Assembly: GCA_965222605.1 (NCBI GenBank)
Contig: OZ244960.1
Span: 1,088,001 to 1,152,000, forward strand
Length of the DNA stretch: 64,000 nt
Reading direction: 5' to 3'
Source: Candidatus Latescibacterota bacterium
Lineage (GTDB): Bacteria; Latescibacterota; UBA2968
The notes below the pieces were generated by a model. The model had not been told where the DNA came from. It ran no database searches and saw only the letters and a program-made list of their open reading frames with translations. Both the position numbers and the translations under genes were made by a program. Position 1 is the first letter of the stretch. Every line of letters begins with the position of its first letter. This document shows, piece by piece, positions 10,447 through 20,402 of the stretch.

Positions 10447-10522
10447 GTTATGGTGGAGAGTTTAGAGCTTGGGATTCAAGCCCGTGATTGATGTAGCTTT
10501 TAGTAAGCCATCGTCGCGTAGC

Positions 10523-10579
10523 GATCACCGTGTCCGCGTTTTTCTTCGCGTGAAGGCATCCAGCTCATGCCGGACGGTT
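10523..10579. repeat. 57-bp direct repeat, copy A (integrase 3' tail)
   Basis: 52/57 identical to 12470-12526 by manual alignment. Confidence 0.9.
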
Positions 10580-10797
10580 GAACTACTTGCGTAGTTGTAC
10601 CCCCCTTCACCAGACAGTTCGGCATAGCGCTGCGTTGTCTGCAAGTTGCGATGACCGAGTAGCCGGCGCACTGTGCCTATGCTCACTCCGCTGTTCACCA
10701 GCTCCGTCGCGGCCGTGTGCCGAAGCTGGTGGATCCCGCATTTGACCTCTGCTCGCTCACACAACTTGTTCCACTGATAATACGTGCTTCCACTCAC
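10525..10797 (-). pseudogene. tyrosine recombinase C-terminal fragment
   Basis: HQLRH, LLGH and TTQRY catalytic boxes present; N-terminal part missing. Confidence 0.85.
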
Positions 10798-10800
10798 CTC

Positions 10801-12348
10801 TCACGCACATACGACCTCAAAGGCCGTTATATTGCGGGTGTTCTTGCTGAACTCTACGGCTATCAGGTAAATCGGCTGATCCAGACTCCGATATTTGTCC
10901 GCGTATCCCTTTGCTTGCAATTGCGCCATCGCCGCACCATCGGACGCCAGTTCCACCACCTTGAACTCGAACAGGTAGATGTTATCGTTGAAGTGTACAG
11001 CCATATCCACACGCCCATGGCTGCTGCTATCCTCTACCGTGATATTTAGACCCAGGCCCGCGAAATAGGAATAGAACACACTAACATAGTAGCCTTCAAA
11101 ATTGGCGATGTCGTTGTTGGTGTACCACTCATAAGGAATACTGGCAAAGAAGGCGTGGAATAGTGTCTTGAGTCCCTCGAAGTCGTTCGCCTCCAGCAGG
11201 CGGTAGAGTTGGACGCTGTTCGCCATCTGGCCGGACGAGTCTTTCACCAGGTAGCGCAATAGACTTCGGTTGAGGCTCTGGCGCACCTCCCGATTGGGAT
11301 AACCCAGTCGGTACAGGGATTCACCGCCAAGGTTCTCCTCACTGGTAATGGTCAGGTACCCAGTCTGAAACAACAGGGCCTCAGTCGCGATTTCATCCAC
11401 ATCGAAGGTCGATAGCAAGTCGCTACCGCCCATCATCTCGTCGAGTTTCAGGGAACTGACACGGCGTTTGAATAGGGTTTCGATGAGGAATGTCGGCGTA
11501 CCAGTCTCGAACCAATAGGCTTCGAAGCTATGCCTTCGGAACAGCAGGAGGATATCGAAGGGGTTATAGACCTTCTCCTCGCCCCGCCAGCTATAGCCGT
11601 TGTACCAGTCGCGGACCTCATCCCGATCCAGGCCGGGCAGTTCAGGCGCAAATACCGTGTCGAGGTCCTCCTCGGTGTAGCCGCAGATGGCGGAATATTG
11701 TGGATCAATGGTGATGTCTGTAAGATTGTTGAGGCCAGAGAAGAGGCGGACTTTGGAGAACTTGCTGACGCCAGTGAGGAATGTGAATTTGATATGGGCA
11801 TCACTGGACTTGATCGTCGAATACAGACCGCGCAGAAAGTCGCGGTTGGCACGGGCGACTTCAGGCTCATCCAGCACATCTAAGATCGGCTTGTCGTATT
11901 CATCAACAAGAACGACAACGCGCTGTCCCGCCTGGCTATGCAACATCTGGATGATATGGCGAAAGCGTGCTGAAGCAGTATCGTAGTGGCTTTCTACGCC
12001 TGTTTCTTTTTCTACAGCGTCCAGTTGTGCCATAACCTCTTTGTGCAAGATCTCCGACTCATTAAAATTGCCGCTGCCAAAGTCGAGTCGCAGGACAGGA
12101 TAGCGAACCTGCCAGTCCCAGTGGTCGTGGATGTGAAGCCCTTCGAACAGCGGCTCATTGCCCTCAAACAGTTCCTTCAGCGTGTCCAGAAACAGGCTTT
12201 TGCCAAAGCGACGCGGACGCGATAAAAAAAAGTGCGTGCCATCGTCGAGCAACTCCCGGATATAGGCTGTCTTATCGACATAGTAGCAGTTCTCCTCCTG
12301 AATTTTGCGGAAGGTCTGAATACCAATGGGCAGTCTGCGTTTGGTCAT
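10801..12348 (-). CDS. AAA-ATPase-like protein with C-terminal PD-(D/E)XK nuclease domain
   Basis: LPIGIQTF, YYVDKT, SRPRRFGKS (Walker A), VLVDEYDKP, and GRVDM...LFEFK. Start ATG 12348 after AAGGTG. Confidence 0.93.
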   Translation of the reverse strand: MTKRRLPIGIQTFRKIQEENCYYVDKTAYIRELLDDGTHFFLSRPRRFGKSLFLDTLKELFEGNEPLFEGLHIHDHWDWQVRYPVLRLDFGSGNFNESEILHKEVMAQLDAVEKETGVESHYDTASARFRHIIQMLHSQAGQRVVVLVDEYDKPILDVLDEPEVARANRDFLRGLYSTIKSSDAHIKFTFLTGVSKFSKVRLFSGLNNLTDITIDPQYSAICGYTEEDLDTVFAPELPGLDRDEVRDWYNGYSWRGEEKVYNPFDILLLFRRHSFEAYWFETGTPTFLIETLFKRRVSSLKLDEMMGGSDLLSTFDVDEIATEALLFQTGYLTITSEENLGGESLYRLGYPNREVRQSLNRSLLRYLVKDSSGQMANSVQLYRLLEANDFEGLKTLFHAFFASIPYEWYTNNDIANFEGYYVSVFYSYFAGLGLNITVEDSSSHGRVDMAVHFNDNIYLFEFKVVELASDGAAMAQLQAKGYADKYRSLDQPIYLIAVEFSKNTRNITAFEVVCA

Positions 12349-12469
12349 ATTATGCACCTTTGTCTTTCGATCTCATCCAAAAGCGATTCTGTGTTTTTGT
12401 ACTTTCGCATTCATACACTGAGCATTTCCTATTTGCCATATCCGCCCGACAAAGGCCCTTCTCCTTTGG

Positions 12470-12526
12470 GATCACCGGGTCCGCGTTTTTCTTCGTGCGA
12501 AGGCACCCAGTTCATGCCGGACGGTT
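12470..12526. repeat. 57-bp direct repeat, copy B (integrase 3' tail)
   Basis: Encodes TVRHELGAFARRKTRTR* on the minus strand, matching TVRHELDAFTRRKTRTR* of copy A. Confidence 0.9.
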
Positions 12527-12656
12527 TCAACGGTAGAATCGGCCATGGTTCCCCAGTTTTTGAATATAATGATAAATGACCTATTTGCAAATATCTGCAA
12601 TTTCCTCGAAAAAATAGGGGTTTGCATTCGATGTATTTTCACGTTTAACCTCTCCA

Positions 12657-13604
12657 TCACCGGATTTTTCCCCAAACAGCCGCCGCGGCGTGGACATCTT
12701 GAATCGCCAGACCGCTCGAATACGCAATACTTCCCTGCCCGCGCAAATGTTCCAAATATCCCAGTGCCGCATCCCCGATATTTAGTATCTCATCCTCCGC
12801 GCCTTTTACCCAGCGGGGCGTCTCATCTCTTTGGCGCAACGCGAGAAATTCGCCCGACTTCAGCACCTGCTCACCGTGATCAGGCACCACAAATCGCCGC
12901 GTCAACAATCCCGGATCCAATTGCGTGGAGCGCCCATCGCCCCCAATCACGGAAATATGCACATGGCTTTCGACATCGAATAAAATCGGCTCAGGCGTTG
13001 GCACAGAAGTAAAAATAGCATCTGCCCCATCAATACAGGTCTCGATATCTGCAACCATCTCCAGATCACAAGAAATATCCGCTCCAACAACTGCTGCATA
13101 CGCCGCGCGTCTCTCGACCGTTCTGCTCGTTACACGTAAGGTCTCTGGCGCCAAAACCACATCAATACACCTGCCCATTGCCTGTGCAATACGCCCCGTC
13201 CCCAGAATCGCCGCCGTGCGTACAGGCGTCTTCGCCAAATATTTCGCGCCCAACGCGCCCGCCGCGCCCGTACGCATATTGGTAATATACTCGGCATCCA
13301 ACGTGATTCGGTCGCCTCTCCGTACATCCTCCAACTCGATCACAGCGGTTCTCGAGCCCAACCGCCCTATCTTGACATCCGAACGCTCTTCAATAACTTT
13401 TTGTCCCGTAAATCTCCCCTTCCACCAGCCCGGCATCACCAGACGAAAAAGATCCATCTCCCCCTCGCGCGAAACTTCTTCTTTGCGCGGCGGATTGACC
13501 ATTTTTCCGAGGCCATAAAGCCGAAACGCCTCGTCGCAACTCTCGACAAAATCCCGCGTTGTCATTACCGAAGCAATTTGCTCATCTGAAATATACTGTC
13601 TCAT
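12657..13604 (-). CDS. ornithine cyclodeaminase / mu-crystallin family protein
   Basis: ITNMRTGAAGALGAKYLA, AILGTGRIA, SGLAIQDVHAA. Confidence 0.9.
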   Translation of the reverse strand: MRQYISDEQIASVMTTRDFVESCDEAFRLYGLGKMVNPPRKEEVSREGEMDLFRLVMPGWWKGRFTGQKVIEERSDVKIGRLGSRTAVIELEDVRRGDRITLDAEYITNMRTGAAGALGAKYLAKTPVRTAAILGTGRIAQAMGRCIDVVLAPETLRVTSRTVERRAAYAAVVGADISCDLEMVADIETCIDGADAIFTSVPTPEPILFDVESHVHISVIGGDGRSTQLDPGLLTRRFVVPDHGEQVLKSGEFLALRQRDETPRWVKGAEDEILNIGDAALGYLEHLRGQGSIAYSSGLAIQDVHAAAAVWGKIR

Positions 13605-13649
13605 GTATTACCTCACGTAAGAATGGGCGAAACCCACCAAACCACCCAA

Positions 13650-13677
13650 CGGACGGGCACGGGGGCGCCGCCCCTAC
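13650..13677 (-). repeat. GTAG-family REP-like palindrome
   Basis: GTAGGGGCGGCGCCCCCGTGCCCGTCCG; related copies at 48775-48835. Confidence 0.55.
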
Positions 13678-13807
13678 ATTGTATAGATGAACTGGCCTGA
13701 GAGTCGGCCAGTTGTACACCATTCCATTGACATTTGTTTTTGGTCGGTCTATTTTAGGACTACAAATGGGGATAAAATGTAACCTACTAAACCGGACGAG
13801 GTGATGA

Positions 13808-14569
13808 GTGAGATCATTTACACTCAAAACAGCCTCTCTAATCTTACTTTTGGGGGAGATTTTCATGGCACAATCAGCTTATGCCGATCGCCCAATGTAC
13901 TCTATTTATCGCGCAGGCACGCCAATTGTAATTGACGGACGCCTGGATGAACCTGCATGGGTCGCTGCCCCAGACGTGGGAGCCTTTGTATTTCCATGGT
14001 ACGAATCGGGAAAAAAAGAACAAACCATAGCCAAAATGCTGTGGGATGACACTTATTTATACGTCTCGTACATCTGTGAAGATGCACATATCTGGGCAGA
14101 ACACACCGCACGCGATTCCGACGTATGGAAAGATGACACCGTTGAGGTATTCACAGCACCCAATCCCAATCAGCCCCAGGCTTATTTTAATATTGAAATG
14201 AATGTACTCGGCATCTTTCTCGACCAGTTTCACCCACAAGGCCCGGACGCGCCCGTGCCCGGCGAGTGGAACGGCGAAGGTATTCAGATCAAGACGCAGA
14301 TAGTCGGCACATTGAACGATGACAGCGATGAAGATGAATACTGGATTTTGGAAGCGGCCATCCCCTTTGCAAATTTTGCACACGTCGCCGTGCATACCCC
14401 TCCAGAGATAGGTGACATCTGGCACCTGAATCTAAATCGTCTGGGCGGAAAAACCAATGAGCAATTTAGCCAGTGGTCGGGCAGCCGCACACCGCAGCCC
14501 CAATTTCATTCGCCAGATGATTTTGGGCGGGTGGTATTCTCGGATAAGGCGAGTCCATTTTGGCGGTAG
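13808..14569 (+). CDS. CBM9-like / DOMON-like carbohydrate-binding protein
   Basis: IDGRLDEPAW, KMLWDDTYLYV, WKDDTVEVF, WILEAAIPF, FHSPDDFGRVVF. Promoter TTGACA-17-TATTTT at 13727-13755. Confidence 0.85.
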   Translation: MRSFTLKTASLILLLGEIFMAQSAYADRPMYSIYRAGTPIVIDGRLDEPAWVAAPDVGAFVFPWYESGKKEQTIAKMLWDDTYLYVSYICEDAHIWAEHTARDSDVWKDDTVEVFTAPNPNQPQAYFNIEMNVLGIFLDQFHPQGPDAPVPGEWNGEGIQIKTQIVGTLNDDSDEDEYWILEAAIPFANFAHVAVHTPPEIGDIWHLNLNRLGGKTNEQFSQWSGSRTPQPQFHSPDDFGRVVFSDKASPFWR

Positions 14570-14623
14570 AGGTCGGTTGCAAACCGACTCGCAAGACGCC
14601 CCATAGCCAAAAGGAGGAAAAAC

Positions 14624-15700
14624 ATGTCGCAGACATTGCCATTACTCGAAGTCAGTGGTTCGCCAACTGAGCGCGGTCAAGCGCATGGCGAGGCATTTAA
14701 GGAACTGATACGAGACCTTGTCGCAGTCAATTTTGAAGATATGGTACATGGAACACAGGGCTATCTGACAAAAGAACGCGTGTATGAAATTGTATCAACC
14801 TACACGGGACCCACGCGCGACTATGCACCCCATCTGTTTGAAGAGCTGGAAGGGATCGCTGAGGCAGCGGATGTACCCTTAGAAGACTTGCTCGCATTAA
14901 ATGCCTTTCTGGAATTACACGACTATTATTCCAATTCATTTCTGGTATCGGGTTGTACTTCATTCATGGTTCCGGGAAGCACATCGGGCGAAGGCGCGTT
15001 AATCGCGCAGAATTACGACCTCTCGTCAATCTATGCAGCAGCAGCAATTCTGGTCAAGGTCAAAAACGATCACGCCCCCGACGCGCTCTTTTACACATCT
15101 GCCGGGATGCTGGGCTGTGCGGGAGTGAACGACGAGGGCATTGGCGTGGTCATTAACAACCTCGTCCCATCAGATGCGAGCGGCGGTGTGCTTTATCCCT
15201 TCATCATTCGGCGTATCCTGGAATCCATGCGAATCGGCGATGCCATCGATGCAGTAGTAGCAAAACCGAGAGCATCGGGTATGAATTACGTGATGTGCGA
15301 TGAAAATGGCGAAATATACGATCTTGAAACCACGGCGAGAGAATACGAAGTCATCTGTCCCTTTGATGGTCCGATGGCCCATTCAAATCACTATCTGACG
15401 GACCGGCTCAAGCCCTTTGAGCGGCGTCAATGGGATCAACGCGGACAGAGCATCTTGCGCTGGGGACGTGCGACCCGGTTGTTAAAATCCTGCGACAAAC
15501 GCAATGCGGACGCGCTAAAAAATATGCTGTCAGATCGGGTAAATGCCCCCGTGGGAATATGCCGCCACAACGAAATTCACAATGGCGAAGCCTGCGGTCA
15601 GACCATTGCCGGCATTGTATTCGATCCCCCGGGACGAAAAGCGTGGTTTACCAAAGGGCCGCCCGGTGAAAATGAGTGGGTCGAATACTGTGTTGGATAA
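14624..15700 (+). CDS. peptidase C45 (acyl-CoA:6-APA acyltransferase-like Ntn hydrolase)
   Basis: ERGQAHGE, autocleavage site GCTS, AQNYD, GVNDEGI, HSNHY. Confidence 0.88.
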   Translation: MSQTLPLLEVSGSPTERGQAHGEAFKELIRDLVAVNFEDMVHGTQGYLTKERVYEIVSTYTGPTRDYAPHLFEELEGIAEAADVPLEDLLALNAFLELHDYYSNSFLVSGCTSFMVPGSTSGEGALIAQNYDLSSIYAAAAILVKVKNDHAPDALFYTSAGMLGCAGVNDEGIGVVINNLVPSDASGGVLYPFIIRRILESMRIGDAIDAVVAKPRASGMNYVMCDENGEIYDLETTAREYEVICPFDGPMAHSNHYLTDRLKPFERRQWDQRGQSILRWGRATRLLKSCDKRNADALKNMLSDRVNAPVGICRHNEIHNGEACGQTIAGIVFDPPGRKAWFTKGPPGENEWVEYCVG

Positions 15701-15745
15701 GGTATTTTTTCTTCAAATCCCTGGGTGAAAAATATAGGAGGACGG

Positions 15746-16633
15746 ATGAAGCGAATTTTATTTTTATTTGGCTTTTTGAACCTTATGACTTTAGCTATTT
15801 GTGCAGAGGATCATCAACTGGCGTTGCACCGGGCACTTCCTATTGATGGGCCAGAAAATAATCAACCCTCGGGTCTAACATTATTTCAAGACACATTGTT
15901 TGCGGTATCAGATCATCACGATGGGGTGATTTACCGGATTGATATAAAAGAAGATCACGCGGTTTTTGTCCCTTATCTGACATTTGATAATCCCGATACA
16001 ACAATAACAGTAAGAATTGACCAGGAGGGCATAACTTGTGATCAGAATGGCGATTTTTATCTGGTCAGCGAGCGAGGGTTTAGACTGTTGAAAGTTTCTC
16101 GAAGTGACGGAATCGCCAGGTGGGTGGGTCCGGATATGAAGGTGCCGGGTGAAGCTGTGGGTTTATTTGCCACACGTGGCGCGGGTATTGAAGGGATCAT
16201 ATCCATTGCATCTGGACGGTTCCTCGTGACAGCCGAGCGCCAGCCCAGAGGATTGATAGAAATCGATTTGGAGAAGGGTACTGCTCAGGCGTTTAATTAC
16301 AATGCCTCGCGTCTGACTTATCCCGAAGGACGTGCAACCGATTTTACGGGTTTGTGGCGCGAAGGCGATGTGATATTCGCGCTTCAACGCGGCGCTGAGG
16401 CCATTACTCAAGTGCGGTATGGTGGCGATGCGTTAGAAGAAATTGACGCATGGTCGTTTGACAAAACAGTGAACCGCGATGATTTGCGTTACAAGAGTGT
16501 AAAATATGGCAAGGCTGAAGGTTTGGCTATGGATGCGTCAAAGGTATATGTGATTTTAGATACCAATGGAGAATCGCGTTTGAACGATGCTGAGGATAAG
16601 CGGTCGATGTTGCTGATATTCAAAAGGCCCTGA
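15746..16633 (+). CDS. secreted beta-propeller protein (SdiA-regulated / phytase-like esterase family)
   Basis: Signal peptide; repeated blades PSGL, QEGIT, IEGI, AEGLA. RBS GGAGG. Confidence 0.7.
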   Translation: MKRILFLFGFLNLMTLAICAEDHQLALHRALPIDGPENNQPSGLTLFQDTLFAVSDHHDGVIYRIDIKEDHAVFVPYLTFDNPDTTITVRIDQEGITCDQNGDFYLVSERGFRLLKVSRSDGIARWVGPDMKVPGEAVGLFATRGAGIEGIISIASGRFLVTAERQPRGLIEIDLEKGTAQAFNYNASRLTYPEGRATDFTGLWREGDVIFALQRGAEAITQVRYGGDALEEIDAWSFDKTVNRDDLRYKSVKYGKAEGLAMDASKVYVILDTNGESRLNDAEDKRSMLLIFKRP

Positions 16634-16681
16634 AAGCTGGTTGATGTGGGATGCTGAAATGCAGGGGATAATCATTCGCTG

Positions 16682-18091
16682 TCATCTCCCTTCACTCGCC
16701 GCCGTAATAAATCGCCTCTCCCTTTGACTTTTGAGCACCTGTTGTTCAATCTCTTCTGGATCACCCCAAATTTCCAATAGCCGCTCGCGCATGGCGTCGC
16801 GTATTTCGCGGTGTTGTACCGACTCTGACAGGTCGTTAAACTCATTCGGATCTTCTGCAATATTGAACAACTCGAGCGCGTCTCCCGGGCTCATATTGAG
16901 CTTGTAATCCCCCTTTTTGAGCATACCCACGGGCCGAATAACGCCGTGCGCGAGGTATTCACAGAAGGCTTCATCCTTCCATGTTTCGGTCTCGCCATTG
17001 ATCAGCGGCAAGAGGCTATCGCCGTCAAGAGGCACAATATCCATCGAAGCACCAGTGGCATCAATGATAGTAGCGACGAGATCCACGAGTGAAACATTTT
17101 GTGCGACGCGCAATCCACCTGGAACATGCCCGGGCCAAACAATCTGAAGAGGCACGCGGGAGGACGCTTCATACATATTTGATTTGCGCCACATACCGTG
17201 TTCGCCATTCATTTCCCCGTGATCTGAGGTATGCACGATAATCGTATTCTCAAGCTGGCCGGTTTCTTCGAGCGCATCGATAAACCGGCCTATTTTTTCA
17301 TCCAAATAGGTGATAAGCCCGTAATAACCCGCGCGGCCCCTCCGCACGAGTTCTTCGGGAAAGTCGGCCATGCCAAACATCAGGCGCAGGCGTTTGTAAA
17401 CCGGGTGCATATTTTCCAGATGGCCTTCGGGGATATCGGGCATATCAATTTGATCGCGCGGATACATATCCCAAAACCGCCGCGGAACCACAAGCGGAAA
17501 ATGAGGCGCGATAAACCCCACATTGATACACCAGGGCTGTTCTTTGCGAGCGGGATCTCTGATATACGCGAGGGCGGCTTCTTCAACCTGATCATCAACC
17601 TGTATCTCAGTCGTTGTACCCGGCCCTGCTTCTGCAATACCGCCCCAGGGCTTTTTCGCTACAACAACCCCCGCATCCCAATTCGCCTCGCCGCGCGGAA
17701 CACCGTCTTTTGTCCACAATTCCGCATGCAAATCGCACGCGAGTTGTGTGCGAAAACCGTGCAATTGATCAAGACCACAAAAGTGCTGCTTACCCGATAT
17801 CACAACATCGTAACCGACATTTCGCAAGCGATGTGCCCATGTAACCGTATCCGACGACATGGGAAAACCATTATCATAAGTACCGATGCGATTGATATAA
17901 CGCCCCGCCATAAATGACATCCGCGACGGACCGCAAATCGGCGAATTGCAATAAGCATTGTCAAACGTGACCCCCATCTCAGATAGGCGATCCATATTGG
18001 GCGATTGCACCAGTGAATGCCCGTAAACACTGCTATATTGGGGGGCATGCTCGTCAGACATAATAATCAGAATATTGGGCTTATCAGACAT
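16682..18091 (-). CDS. sulfatase (choline-sulfatase-like)
   Basis: PNILIIMSDEH, formylglycine motif CGPSR, GKQH, SDHGEM. Confidence 0.93.
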   Translation of the reverse strand: MSDKPNILIIMSDEHAPQYSSVYGHSLVQSPNMDRLSEMGVTFDNAYCNSPICGPSRMSFMAGRYINRIGTYDNGFPMSSDTVTWAHRLRNVGYDVVISGKQHFCGLDQLHGFRTQLACDLHAELWTKDGVPRGEANWDAGVVVAKKPWGGIAEAGPGTTTEIQVDDQVEEAALAYIRDPARKEQPWCINVGFIAPHFPLVVPRRFWDMYPRDQIDMPDIPEGHLENMHPVYKRLRLMFGMADFPEELVRRGRAGYYGLITYLDEKIGRFIDALEETGQLENTIIVHTSDHGEMNGEHGMWRKSNMYEASSRVPLQIVWPGHVPGGLRVAQNVSLVDLVATIIDATGASMDIVPLDGDSLLPLINGETETWKDEAFCEYLAHGVIRPVGMLKKGDYKLNMSPGDALELFNIAEDPNEFNDLSESVQHREIRDAMRERLLEIWGDPEEIEQQVLKSQRERRFITAASEGR

Positions 18092-18106
18092 AGATACTCC
18101 TGTTCT

Positions 18107-19144
18107 TCACGCCGAAATCACATCCGTGGGTTCACCGGCTTGATCGGCGAGCGCGGTGTCAAATATATTTTCAAGCGTACACTGCGGCTCGTATCCTATC
18201 AGTGTGCGCGCCTTGCTATTGTCAGACCAATAGATCCACTGCATGGGAACCTCGACCGCAAAAAGGGGAACACCCGTTATCTCCGCGAGATAATCTGCAA
18301 CCTCGGGAAAAGCGAGCGGGCGGTAAATCGGCGCATTAAACGCTTCGCCAACAGCCGCGGGATGATCGATCGCGCAAATACATGCCCGCGCAGTATCGCG
18401 TGCATCAGAAGGCGACCACATCCACGGACGCCCCTCGCGATCGGTAACAGCACAGGGTTGATCGGGACGCTCGGCGCGGTCGAGCATATCCTGCGCAATA
18501 GCCACGCCATCGGGATGGTAAAGGCCACTTTCCGGTTTATTCGCGGCTTCGCGGATCCGTCCGGCAACAAACTGAACATTCCAACGCCCGAGCACTTCTT
18601 TACCCGCAAACATGCCAGAAGGGCGAATAATGGACAATTGAAGATCGTGTCCATTCATGTACCCTTCGGCCATCGCTTCGTTGATATATTTCAGCGTGCC
18701 ATAAAGTCCACTCGGACGTTTGGGATGGATTTCATTCACCGGCTGATAACAGGGTGGAATATGCTGATTGCCCATAGGATAAACCGCGTCGGTGCTAACA
18801 TGGACAAACCGGTGGAGGCGATCTGCCAATGGTGCAGCCGCTTCAAAAAGATTGTACGTACCCGTAACATTGATCTCGTAAAACGTCTGATTGTCCATAC
18901 CGCGCGGTGGGCCCAAAATATTTGCCGTGTGAACAACCGCATCTACACCATCCACAATATTGCGACACAGCGCCGCATCTCTGAGATCCCCTTCAATCTT
19001 TTCAATATCAAAGGAATCGAGCTTAGATTTCTTGGGATCGTCGGGCAGAATCAGCGCGCGAACATCATCTCCTCGCTCAACCAACTGCTTGACGACATTC
19101 GCGCCCAAACGCCCCGTTGCACCCGTAACGAGAATTTTGCTCAT
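18107..19144 (-). CDS. NAD-dependent epimerase/dehydratase
   Basis: ILVTGATGRLG and YGTLK (YxxxK). Confidence 0.9.
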   Translation of the reverse strand: MSKILVTGATGRLGANVVKQLVERGDDVRALILPDDPKKSKLDSFDIEKIEGDLRDAALCRNIVDGVDAVVHTANILGPPRGMDNQTFYEINVTGTYNLFEAAAPLADRLHRFVHVSTDAVYPMGNQHIPPCYQPVNEIHPKRPSGLYGTLKYINEAMAEGYMNGHDLQLSIIRPSGMFAGKEVLGRWNVQFVAGRIREAANKPESGLYHPDGVAIAQDMLDRAERPDQPCAVTDREGRPWMWSPSDARDTARACICAIDHPAAVGEAFNAPIYRPLAFPEVADYLAEITGVPLFAVEVPMQWIYWSDNSKARTLIGYEPQCTLENIFDTALADQAGEPTDVISA

Positions 19145-19155
19145 AGTTGCCTCTT

Positions 19156-19458
19156 CTATACCCTGGACAAGCGATGTACAACTTCAAATCGCTCCGATTC
19201 AGTCGGCTGCGACCAGAGATCACTTGCGCCGCTCATAACAGCTTCCCGCTCGGGGCTGGCGCGCCAGCCCTCGTAGATTTCTTCATTCTCCCAAATGACG
19301 AGCGTCGTAATCTTCGTCTCGTCGGCAAGGGAGTGAAGCGTCTGACGGCTAACAAATCCGGGTGCCTGACTCTGGGCAATACCGTTGCGATTCAAAAGAT
19401 CGCAAGCCTCATCAACACAATCATCTTTGGCCCAGTGGTGCGTAAGTACGCCGATCAT
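19156..19458 (-). CDS. antibiotic biosynthesis monooxygenase (ABM) family protein
   Basis: APGFVSRQTL...LVIWENEEIYEGWRAS dimeric-barrel pattern; RBS GGAGG. Confidence 0.8.
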   Translation of the reverse strand: MIGVLTHHWAKDDCVDEACDLLNRNGIAQSQAPGFVSRQTLHSLADETKITTLVIWENEEIYEGWRASPEREAVMSGASDLWSQPTESERFEVVHRLSRV

Positions 19459-19503
19459 TTAAAACCTCCATTCGATATCTTCTTTTTCCTTCACACTTCC
19501 CCT

Positions 19504-20361
19504 TCATACTTCACACTTCTCCCCCGACGCCTGCGATTTCTCGAGCGCCTCGAGCACGGCAACGGGCGTAAGCATTGAGCTATCGGTTTCATCTGTCTCA
19601 CCCGTACTGAACATGTGGCAAAAATCGAGAACACCCGTAAGATAAGTATTCTCATCGTACCCAATCACGCGATCAGTACGTCCCTTTTCCCCAATCACAG
19701 AAACGTGGAAACCCACACGGCCTTCGCCAACGAGATTCATCGTTGAAATCGCACCACTTGCAGAATAAAGCGTCGCCGTGTGATTTTGCTTCCCGCGATT
19801 GAGCTGTACATGCGTAATATCCTGATCGAGCAGGCGCACGACCATATCGACCTGATGAATCCCGTAAAAAAAGACACCGCCATATTCAGAATCAATATCG
19901 CAGGGGCCCGTCGAAACAACCGAAATAATGCGCCCGAGTTCTCGAACATCTTTTTGCAATTGCGCGAAAGACGCCTGCTTGGGCAAAACCGAAAAAGAAC
20001 ACACAGGCACGTCGAGTTCACGCGCTCGGGACAAAAACTCTTTGCCTTCGTCGAGACGGTAGCAAAACGGCTTATCGACAAACAGTGGGATCCCGGCCTC
20101 CAGCAATGGACGCACAGCAGGCAGGTGATATTTGGGGTGGCGATGATCCACAATAGCTGCATCGACCTGTCCGACCAGATCTTCTGGATCTTGCACAATA
20201 TTGGGAATCTGCCCCCGCTCCTGTGCATCTTTTGCATCGCCCGGCGTTTCTCCCCAAACATGGGTAACACTAAAACCGGACACGAGTTTATCAATATTAA
20301 TAGTTTTTGCAATCGCCACAGTATGGCTATTTTCCGCCCCAATAATACCAATAGTGGGCAT
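19504..20361 (-). CDS. Gfo/Idh/MocA family oxidoreductase
   Basis: IGIIGAENSH, FVDKP, YGIH. Confidence 0.88.
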   Translation of the reverse strand: MPTIGIIGAENSHTVAIAKTINIDKLVSGFSVTHVWGETPGDAKDAQERGQIPNIVQDPEDLVGQVDAAIVDHRHPKYHLPAVRPLLEAGIPLFVDKPFCYRLDEGKEFLSRARELDVPVCSFSVLPKQASFAQLQKDVRELGRIISVVSTGPCDIDSEYGGVFFYGIHQVDMVVRLLDQDITHVQLNRGKQNHTATLYSASGAISTMNLVGEGRVGFHVSVIGEKGRTDRVIGYDENTYLTGVLDFCHMFSTGETDETDSSMLTPVAVLEALEKSQASGEKCEV

Positions 20362-20402
20362 AGTATTGCTCCTTTCAGTTATAAGCTTTCAGCGGTCAGC
20401 CC

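Noticed and set aside
18017-19276. 419-aa + strand ORF and similar long antisense ORFs (20484-21434, 34138-35043, 38571-39389)
   Set aside because: Shadows of well-supported genes on the opposite strand, with no motifs.
20373-20402. Heptamer-like TCAGC repeats in several intergenic gaps (also near 24630, 36213, 46603)
   Set aside because: Too short and degenerate to define a repeat family from this window alone.
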